Positions 29,814 to 37,353 of a stretch of 64,000 nucleotides of DNA are shown in pieces (position 1 is the first letter of the stretch; each line of letters begins with the position of its first letter). This stretch comes from Candidatus Latescibacterota bacterium. GTDB lineage: Bacteria; Latescibacterota; UBA2968. The stretch lies in the NCBI GenBank assembly GCA_965222605.1, contig OZ244960.1, forward strand, positions 4,320,001-4,384,000. Reading direction: 5' to 3'. The notes under the pieces were generated by a model that had not been told where the DNA came from, did not search any database, and was given only the letters and a program-made list of their open reading frames with translations. The position numbers and the translations under genes were made by a program.

Positions 29814-31835
29814 CTACCAGGTATGGATCCAGTGACCTCCCTCGGGAAACCAGATGAGGTCAACGATGGAGGAAACGACGATGCCGGCGACATAACCCAC
29901 CGTGATACCGATAAAGAAAGGGGCGGCGCGGCGGTAGAGCGCGATCCCTCCGATGCGCAGCAGGATGAGTTTCGCTGCCCAGGTGAGGAATAGCGAAAAG
30001 GAATAGAATCGCAGGCCACGTGTGTCCTGAAAGACCAACCCGAGCGGGTGAATTGGCCACCAGGGGAGACGGTTGCGCAGGAGAATCAGGAGACATGCCT
30101 CAAGGCCCCCGAGCAGCCAGACGATCATTTTGTCGGGATCGAAGACAGTGCGATCAGCGCGAAGGATGTCCGATCGCATCGCGTTGTAGGAACCGACGGG
30201 ACCTGCGCTCGAGCTGAATGGCGCAAGATGAAGGTTCTGGCCGCCGTAATGATAGGCGATATAGATGATGGAGGCGAATGAGGCGGCTATACCGACGACA
30301 AAGGCCAGCAAAGCCAGGCCAGAGAGGCGAGAAGGTGTTCTGGTCTGCTCGCCGAGAAGCTTGAAGTGGTGGGGTAGCGCGGGCCACGCCGGTACGCGAG
30401 CGTTACCGAAGAAACCGCAGGAGTTCACCAAGCCGATTCCGACGAGGTCTTTCCGGTCCAGATGCGCTGTACCGACAAAGCTTGTCAGCAGTTCCCCGCC
30501 TTTGGCTCCGTAGGGATTGGTGGTGGGGGGAAAGAGGTGGGTGAACCCGGTGGCAGCAGTGAATTTGGCCACGGTGAAGTAGGCAATATAGAGCAGGAGT
30601 GTATGAAACACAGCAACCGGATAGGCCATGCCAACGGCGTGCATCCACCCGATGATGTAAATCGTGGCGGCAAAAAACGCGATCAGTACAGCACGATAGT
30701 GCCTCCCATCACCTGCTATGAGGTTACCAGTGCGTGCCGACTGCCATACCTGGCGGAGATGCTCTCGGGTCGCCCAGACCGACCATATTACGATCAGCAC
30801 CATAGCGCCGTGGCTTTCGATCTCGATGATCTGTTCGGGTCGAGCCTGCTGGCCCGCCATGCCGACGGTGAAGCCCGTCTGGTTCATCATGCCCAGTTTT
30901 AGGGTGGCGAGAAGTCGGATAGCCCAGAAACTGAACAGAATATCGAGATCGCAGAAGTAGGTGAGTCCCACGATGGAAGGCAGGATGCGAATGGGGATGA
31001 ATGGGTAGCCTTTGGCGATCTCTATCTGTTTGCTTCCGATGCCGCCATAGATGCTCAAGGGCGGTAGTTCGTGAAAGAAATAGCCCGCTATATTGTATAG
31101 AATGACGCCGAACACAGCGAAGAATCCTGCCCAGAAGATCTTTTTTTTGAAGATGGCAGGCACGCGGTCGTGTCCGTCGAACCCTGAAGTCAGGTGGACA
31201 GCAAACTGCCCGAGAGGATATGTCAGGCGCTCGGCGTTCTCCCACTGCCGCTGGAAGAGCATGCAGAGGCAGACTCCCGCGGTAAACAGGGCGATGGATA
31301 CGCTCCCCCACCAGAAGATGGGTTTGATCCACCCGATCCAGGGTATTGCCATACCTGGAGAAAGACCGTCGAAGAAAGGTCGAATGACGCCCGTATCTGT
31401 GTCTGTAAACGCCCACCAGGGAATAGCGCTGAAAAGGACCTCTTGCCACTGGTTCTCGGGAGACGCGTAATAGGTCGGGGTCGAGACGATAGTGGACCAG
31501 TAGGCTGCCCAGCCTTCAAGGGCAATGCCGGAGGAGATCCAGGACATACAGTAGATGACCAGAAGCTCTCTGCCGCTGAGGGCGGCGGAAGGGAAGAAGG
31601 CTTTCAGAACGATATTTACAAAGAGCCAGAGGAAGAAAGGGATCAACATCGCCATGGGGTACTGTGACTTTACCAGAGCGGAAGATCCCATGACCAGGCC
31701 TGCGTGATTGGTATAGATGTGCAGGGCAACGATGGTGACCACACCCAAGAAGACAGAGCGAAGCGTGATGCGAGCCGGCCTGGGGACTTCGACGTTTTCT
31801 GTCGGACTTATCCTCGGTGTATCCAGTGCTGACAT
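29814..31835 (-). CDS. DUF6785/DUF6784-like polytopic membrane protein (paralog 3)
   Basis: PTYYASPENQW, QWENAERLTYP, WWPIHPLG, LRIGG..LYR, C-terminal GHWIHTW. Confidence 0.8.
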   Translation of the reverse strand: MSALDTPRISPTENVEVPRPARITLRSVFLGVVTIVALHIYTNHAGLVMGSSALVKSQYPMAMLIPFFLWLFVNIVLKAFFPSAALSGRELLVIYCMSWISSGIALEGWAAYWSTIVSTPTYYASPENQWQEVLFSAIPWWAFTDTDTGVIRPFFDGLSPGMAIPWIGWIKPIFWWGSVSIALFTAGVCLCMLFQRQWENAERLTYPLGQFAVHLTSGFDGHDRVPAIFKKKIFWAGFFAVFGVILYNIAGYFFHELPPLSIYGGIGSKQIEIAKGYPFIPIRILPSIVGLTYFCDLDILFSFWAIRLLATLKLGMMNQTGFTVGMAGQQARPEQIIEIESHGAMVLIVIWSVWATREHLRQVWQSARTGNLIAGDGRHYRAVLIAFFAATIYIIGWMHAVGMAYPVAVFHTLLLYIAYFTVAKFTAATGFTHLFPPTTNPYGAKGGELLTSFVGTAHLDRKDLVGIGLVNSCGFFGNARVPAWPALPHHFKLLGEQTRTPSRLSGLALLAFVVGIAASFASIIYIAYHYGGQNLHLAPFSSSAGPVGSYNAMRSDILRADRTVFDPDKMIVWLLGGLEACLLILLRNRLPWWPIHPLGLVFQDTRGLRFYSFSLFLTWAAKLILLRIGGIALYRRAAPFFIGITVGYVAGIVVSSIVDLIWFPEGGHWIHTW

Positions 31836-31928
31836 CTGTAATTCCCGTTGGCTGGATCGGTGCGTACCTATCAGACGATAAACGAGTCCCTGGTATTGTG
31901 CTGTCCGGAAAGGGGTTGCTGGAGAGTC

Positions 31929-33962
31929 TCAACCTTTCGACCAGGTGAAATCCTCTTCTTCCAGGGCTGCGAGGCCAGGCACCCCCCGGTGTACTTCCAA
32001 TGCCGTCCGGAAGATGCGCGATTTGCCCTTTGCCCTGAGGAGAATCGTGCCTCTGCTGTCTGGAATGGGGTTGCCGGGAGTCCGCCCTGATGTGATTTCG
32101 AAGGGGCCGTCGGAAACGGCAAGTAGGCGCAGCCAAACCCGATCGGAAATTCGCCAATCTACGCAGAGAGTTCCGTCTGTGGAAGTGGTCTGGCGATCCC
32201 TGAGCCAGGCAAATACGCCGTAGTGCGACAGAGGCGGGAAATCGAGGTCATCGATAACGTTTGATGGACGAACAATCATGCCGCCTCTAGCATGAAATAC
32301 CCACGCGTACCGGTGGATGGTATCGGACGTGCAGCGATCTTCGATCCATATGTAGGGCGGTCCGAACCGGATGCGGCGTTCCAATTCCACACCCTCGTAC
32401 GCGTCTTCGAGTACGGCAGATGCCAGTCGAGGATCTATTTCACGGAATTCCAGCCGGGCCTTTTCCACTGGTTGCTGATTCTGCTCATCTACCATCAGGG
32501 TGTTATGCGACAATGTGCTTCTGTAATAAGCATGGATGTCGCTGGCAGCATAGCCCGCGGTGCCGAGATCGGACGCGATTTGTAATCCGAGGGCCCTGAG
32601 ATCGATAGACAGCTTATCGGGATGGTCGTGACCAGCTCCGTGCGCACCTCCTTTGAACAAAAGATAGAAAGGGCCTTCGGCTGTATCTTCTCGAAAGATG
32701 CCGAAGCCCATGGCCGAAAGATGGGTGGATTTTTGCGACAGCGGATCTGCATCGATCTCGTCAGGGCCGAAGGCGAGTGCGGTCAGGCTGTTGCGGGGAA
32801 TACCTCGCTTGTATATGGCGCTGAGCGTTTCTGTGAACAGATCGCCGCCGAGTTGTCCCGCAGCGTATTCGTAAACGTGTCTGTAGATGGCCAGAGAACG
32901 TGAACCAGGCGAGCCCAGGTCGCCCACGCATGGCAGGTCGAGATTCTGATCGCACATGTGTATAGGTGCTTCGAACAGCTTTTCAAAACGGGTTTGGATA
33001 TCCTGGGTCACCTGACCTTGCTGGCGAAGCATTTCAAACACAGTGACCATGGGACAGACCGAGTAGAAATGGTAGAACATGGTCCCTTCAAACCAAAATC
33101 CATCCACCTTGCCTTCCGGATCGGTCCTCAATCCATCGGTAAGTAGCGCAGACAGGCCTCCCCGGTCGCCGCCCAGACCCATCGAAAGCCAGTCTTCGTG
33201 GCCGGTCGCCTCACCGGAGAGAGCCAGGCACGCACCCACGTAACAGGTCATATTGTGCGCGCCTGTACGTTCGAAGAATTGGATCTGCGAAGGCATCCCG
33301 GCTTCAAAGATCCCTTCGCGGATGGTTTGATGGTCGGTGCTGGAATACGCCTCGCTGTCGCGCGTCCAGGAGTAAGCGTTAGCTATTAGAGCCAGCACTT
33401 GGGCATCGTAAAGCGGCTGGAAATAGAGGGCGTCACCGTGGTTCCCTTCGCGGAGATCTTCCCGGGTGAAAAACTGGGCTGTTAGGCGCATCCCTTCGGC
33501 TATCCAACTGGCATAGCGTTCATCCTCGGTGAGGCCGTAGAGCAGTCCCAGACTGCGCATAAGGCGATAGGTACGTTCGTGGGTGAGCAGTGTCCAGGCC
33601 CGGTGTTGGACTTCACTTTCGTGGAGTGATTGGTCCGCCGGATCCAGAAATTGATGTGGGCTCTGGGGATCGTAGATCAGATGCTCGGCGGTGGTGTGCG
33701 AGTAGAAGTCGTGACGCCACCCTATCCGTTCTTCGGGTAGCTGCGGTGGTTTTTTGAGTACAATCTCGGCTTCTTCTTGCATCTGTGAGAGGGAATCGGC
33801 GGCCCACTGCAGTGCGTCTGTTTTTCTGCGGATTTCTTCCAGGCGTTCTGCGCCAAAGAAAATTGTCGGCCAGACATCCTCGATGACCATACCCGAGTCA
33901 TAGGGCGATAACGTGTAGGGCCATTGAAAGGAGCCGACACTTGTCGTGGGTGTTTCGGTCAT
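31929..33962 (-). CDS. Heparinase II/III-family exo-polysaccharide lyase (PL15/PL17-like), no signal peptide
   Basis: HN, DGFWFEG..YHFY, HGAGHDHPDKL, DLGT.GY, STLSHNTLMVD motifs. Confidence 0.85.
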   Translation of the reverse strand: MTETPTTSVGSFQWPYTLSPYDSGMVIEDVWPTIFFGAERLEEIRRKTDALQWAADSLSQMQEEAEIVLKKPPQLPEERIGWRHDFYSHTTAEHLIYDPQSPHQFLDPADQSLHESEVQHRAWTLLTHERTYRLMRSLGLLYGLTEDERYASWIAEGMRLTAQFFTREDLREGNHGDALYFQPLYDAQVLALIANAYSWTRDSEAYSSTDHQTIREGIFEAGMPSQIQFFERTGAHNMTCYVGACLALSGEATGHEDWLSMGLGGDRGGLSALLTDGLRTDPEGKVDGFWFEGTMFYHFYSVCPMVTVFEMLRQQGQVTQDIQTRFEKLFEAPIHMCDQNLDLPCVGDLGSPGSRSLAIYRHVYEYAAGQLGGDLFTETLSAIYKRGIPRNSLTALAFGPDEIDADPLSQKSTHLSAMGFGIFREDTAEGPFYLLFKGGAHGAGHDHPDKLSIDLRALGLQIASDLGTAGYAASDIHAYYRSTLSHNTLMVDEQNQQPVEKARLEFREIDPRLASAVLEDAYEGVELERRIRFGPPYIWIEDRCTSDTIHRYAWVFHARGGMIVRPSNVIDDLDFPPLSHYGVFAWLRDRQTTSTDGTLCVDWRISDRVWLRLLAVSDGPFEITSGRTPGNPIPDSRGTILLRAKGKSRIFRTALEVHRGVPGLAALEEEDFTWSKG

Positions 33963-34000
33963 TTCATCTCCTCAGATTGCCAGCTATTTTCGACTGCGGC

Positions 34001-34067
34001 AAAAAAAGAAAAGCCTCCTTAGTTCAGATCTTGGCGCCACACCAAATATCCATCAAGCTAAGGAGGC
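34001..34067 (-). terminator. Long-loop hairpin plus U-tract after porV-like 2
   Basis: GCCTCCTTAG (34013-34022) and CTAAGGAGGC (34058-34067) inverted repeat, followed on the minus strand by TTTTCTTTTTTT. Confidence 0.6.
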
Positions 34068-34169
34068 CTTCATAAGGAATATGGACTTATCTCTATTCAG
34101 TGATCCGGAGACTCACAGTTAGTTTCGTATTGACGGTATCGGGCTTTGTGATATTGTCCCAGGTCTGGT

Positions 34170-35153
34170 TCAAAATGCAACTCCCACTGAAAACCGGCTC
34201 ACATTGGCGAAAAACTCGTTCCTGGTAAAGGAATAATCGACCATGACCTGCGTCTCGCCGATACGTTGCTTCACGCCGGCTCCCGCGGTCAGGCTTTCCA
34301 TATCGTGATTGAACTTATAGCCAACCCGGAGCGCCAGCATTTCCTGAAACCAGTATTCTCCGCCCAGGTAGATCCGCTCGCTGAAATCGCGCGGGTGGAT
34401 GGCGTCGAATGCCAGCGACAGAGAATGTGAGGGAGAGTCAAGGAGTTCCATTGCGGCGCCGATATGGAACGTCAGCGGAAGCTGAAAACCGATCTTCTGG
34501 TATTCGATTTCTGGCGAGAAGTTCCGAATGTAGATCCCCAGTCTCAGGCTCCTCAACCCGGTGTAGTAGATGGTCCCAAACGTGAAGTTTATCGCATCCG
34601 CTTTGTTATCAACGGCCACGTTGGATGTCCCCACGGGTGAGATTATGCTTGAGCCCAGATGCTCGGACACATACTTGATCTGGCCCCCGATGAAGAACTT
34701 GTTTGTCAACTGCTTGGAATAAGCAAGTCCCGCAAAATAGGCCCCCACGTCGATGCTTCCCGTCTCGGTAAATCCCTTCTCGTTCCCGGCGACCTGCGTC
34801 CCGATCAATTCACCGTAATTGACAGCGCCGAAGTTCACTGCAAAAATCCCGTGAGATGCCTTGTAGGCAGTTCCCAGTGCCGTATAGTTGATGTCCGCGA
34901 TCCACTGAACTCGGTGTGCGACCATCTGGATCTTAGAGTCCATGCGGGCCATGCCGGCCGGATTGTAGAACATAGCATCGGCGCCGTCACCTACCATCGA
35001 ATACGCTCCGCCCATTGCCTCCGCCCGCGCACTGAGACCAATCTTCAGAAATTGAAACCCCGTCTGGGCCAGTTTCTTCTTCTGGGCCTGGGCAGGTGTA
35101 ACCAGGCACACAAACATCAGCAGTATCAGAGTTAAACCCATACATTTTTTCAT
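34170..35153 (-). CDS. PorV/PorQ-family outer-membrane beta-barrel (PorV-like 2)
   Basis: Signal AQA|Q; FLKIGLSARAEAMGGA..AMFYNPAGM; LALRVGY; VDYSF; terminal Phe. Start ATG 35153. Confidence 0.88.
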   Translation of the reverse strand: MKKCMGLTLILLMFVCLVTPAQAQKKKLAQTGFQFLKIGLSARAEAMGGAYSMVGDGADAMFYNPAGMARMDSKIQMVAHRVQWIADINYTALGTAYKASHGIFAVNFGAVNYGELIGTQVAGNEKGFTETGSIDVGAYFAGLAYSKQLTNKFFIGGQIKYVSEHLGSSIISPVGTSNVAVDNKADAINFTFGTIYYTGLRSLRLGIYIRNFSPEIEYQKIGFQLPLTFHIGAAMELLDSPSHSLSLAFDAIHPRDFSERIYLGGEYWFQEMLALRVGYKFNHDMESLTAGAGVKQRIGETQVMVDYSFTRNEFFANVSRFSVGVAF

Positions 35154-35181
35154 TGTATTTCCCCTTCTCCGAGACCGTCGA

Positions 35182-37311
35182 TTACCTGACGATAACGAAT
35201 TTGACAAAGCTGGATTCTCCGCTTGGCATCTCTACATGTGCGATGTAGACGCCGCTGACAACGATCTGCCTGGTTTCGGTCGTCAAATCGCTCCAGGGTT
35301 CATCCCCCGAACCGTCCGTGTGCTCCAGGACTTTGACCAGGTCTCCGCTTAGAGTGAAGATACGGATTGTACATTCTGGCGGCAGCCCTGCGAACAGGAT
35401 CTTGTCATTTTCTCCTGGGAACTGCAGTCCTGCCTCTGCTGCCGAAATATTGTAGGGATTGGGCACGACTCTGATATCGGCCAATGTGTTCCCTGGCGCC
35501 CGTGTCAGAGAGACCGGTTCCGTCGTTCGATTATACAGGATGCCGCTTTCGACACTCTCGCCGGGTCGAAGCCCATCCTCGATGCCCGGCTGATTCTGCG
35601 ACCCATCGTCAAACGCTGTGACAGCGTAATAATAAGAAACGCCCCGCTGGGCGGTCACGTCGTCAAACGAGTGGACGCTCGTTCCCTGAGACTCGTGGAT
35701 CACCGTGAACGTCGTGTCGGGACTCCCAACCGCTCGATACACCCTGTATCCGGCAAAGTCGGACGCGGATTCGGATTCGGACCCCCACAAAATCTGGACC
35801 CTATCCGGGCGCCCCCATACCTCGATGGATGGCGGCGGCGGTGCCTTGGGGACGTTGTAATTGTGTCGTACGGCCCACTCCGCGTTATAGATGTTCTGGA
35901 ACAGAGAGTCCTTACCCGTGGCGACCCAGTTGTCTTTGGCGCGATCGACCGCCGTCGGAATGAGATCCGGAAACGCCTGGCCCACGGGCGGGATCTTGTC
36001 TTCGCCTTCCCAGGTCAGCGTTCCTTCTTTCCATCTTCGTCCGATATCCCACCTCATCTCGCGAGAGAGGGAGCCGCCGACAACGGCGAACACCATCCGG
36101 AAATCATCTCCGGCCTTCATCTCGTCGAACGGTCCCAGAGACATATAGATGGCCCCACGTCCCTTTGTCGCATCTTGCACCCATTTGATCTTTCGCTCAT
36201 CCATTCGCGACTGGTAGCGCACACGGCCCTCGGAGGGGACGTTAAGGCCGAAGTAGTAAGCCTTCTGGCCCTCCACCAGTTCGGGAAAACCGTAGTGGAA
36301 GGAGCTGTATTCCAGTTCGTTCACCGTTGGATTGTTCTGGTCATGCTGTCGGGCGGTGGTGTATTTCTGCAGTCCGGATGCAAACACGTGCGGCTGCTCT
36401 CGGTCGTCGGTAAGGTCGTCAACAGATTTGTCAACGTGTAGAATGGCGATGCCAACGTAGGATGGTTCCTTGATAAACCCCGTCGTCTGATCGGGATTTC
36501 CGAAGGTGTCGTATTGCTGGCCTCTGTTCCAGGCAGGATAATTGTAGGCGACCCGCAGCGAATCGCCTTCCTGTTCGCCGTACGTTGTGCTCCATCCGAA
36601 ATTCCCCATATCCTGATTGACCCATGCAGCGAGGGCAAAGTATACGCCATTCAGGGTCTGGGCGGGCAGATCCACCTGTATCCCGGACGGAGTCGTGTAC
36701 TGGCCTGTGGTATTCTTGAAAGTCCAGTCATAAAGCACATAGTCGTCGTGGTTGACCTGCGAAAAAACGAACACCTTCTGATGGATCGTGATCCCGACCG
36801 AGGTTCGAATCCAGGATTCGATTAACTGATCAGCGCCTTTTCCCCCACTCGAATCGATATAGTCCGGATTGACTTCATCCCCCTCCAATGGAAAGAAGGG
36901 CTGGATGGAGGCGCCCTGAACGGATATAGATGGAGGCTGGAACCTCACATACCTTCTAATCGTAAACCCATCTACATCGACGGGCATATTGTCAAAGGCC
37001 TCTTCACCGTTATAGACGCTCGTACCGCTGGTCTTGAAGCCCCAGGTGGCACCCCTCTCATCGGTCCAGTCCCTAACCGCAACCCTCCACGCGATATTCT
37101 CCATAAATCGGTTTCCATTGTAGTAGAACTGCCGGTATGATCTGAGCGGCCTGGACATATCGCCGGAATCGAAAATGGCGCTCCACATTTTTCCGATTCT
37201 CACCCACTTAAACACATCCGCCCGGGCAGTGTTGGCGAGGACCAGGAAGACAATCAATCCAAAAACGATCGCCACCAGTGCCTTCGGGATCCTTATCCCT
37301 GAATATTTCAT
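35182..37311 (-). CDS. Secreted protein with FN3-like domain and T9SS type-A-like C-terminal sorting domain (CTD-2)
   Basis: Signal ARA|D with no lipobox; FAGYRVYRA..FDD..YYYAVTAFD; C-terminus IRVVPNPY..ILFAGLP..IRIFTLSGDLVKVLEH..W..VSGVYIAHV..KFVIVR. Confidence 0.8.
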   Translation of the reverse strand: MKYSGIRIPKALVAIVFGLIVFLVLANTARADVFKWVRIGKMWSAIFDSGDMSRPLRSYRQFYYNGNRFMENIAWRVAVRDWTDERGATWGFKTSGTSVYNGEEAFDNMPVDVDGFTIRRYVRFQPPSISVQGASIQPFFPLEGDEVNPDYIDSSGGKGADQLIESWIRTSVGITIHQKVFVFSQVNHDDYVLYDWTFKNTTGQYTTPSGIQVDLPAQTLNGVYFALAAWVNQDMGNFGWSTTYGEQEGDSLRVAYNYPAWNRGQQYDTFGNPDQTTGFIKEPSYVGIAILHVDKSVDDLTDDREQPHVFASGLQKYTTARQHDQNNPTVNELEYSSFHYGFPELVEGQKAYYFGLNVPSEGRVRYQSRMDERKIKWVQDATKGRGAIYMSLGPFDEMKAGDDFRMVFAVVGGSLSREMRWDIGRRWKEGTLTWEGEDKIPPVGQAFPDLIPTAVDRAKDNWVATGKDSLFQNIYNAEWAVRHNYNVPKAPPPPSIEVWGRPDRVQILWGSESESASDFAGYRVYRAVGSPDTTFTVIHESQGTSVHSFDDVTAQRGVSYYYAVTAFDDGSQNQPGIEDGLRPGESVESGILYNRTTEPVSLTRAPGNTLADIRVVPNPYNISAAEAGLQFPGENDKILFAGLPPECTIRIFTLSGDLVKVLEHTDGSGDEPWSDLTTETRQIVVSGVYIAHVEMPSGESSFVKFVIVR

Positions 37312-37353
37312 GGCTTCTCCTTCCTCTTAACTGTTAAAAATAGAACAGTTTTT

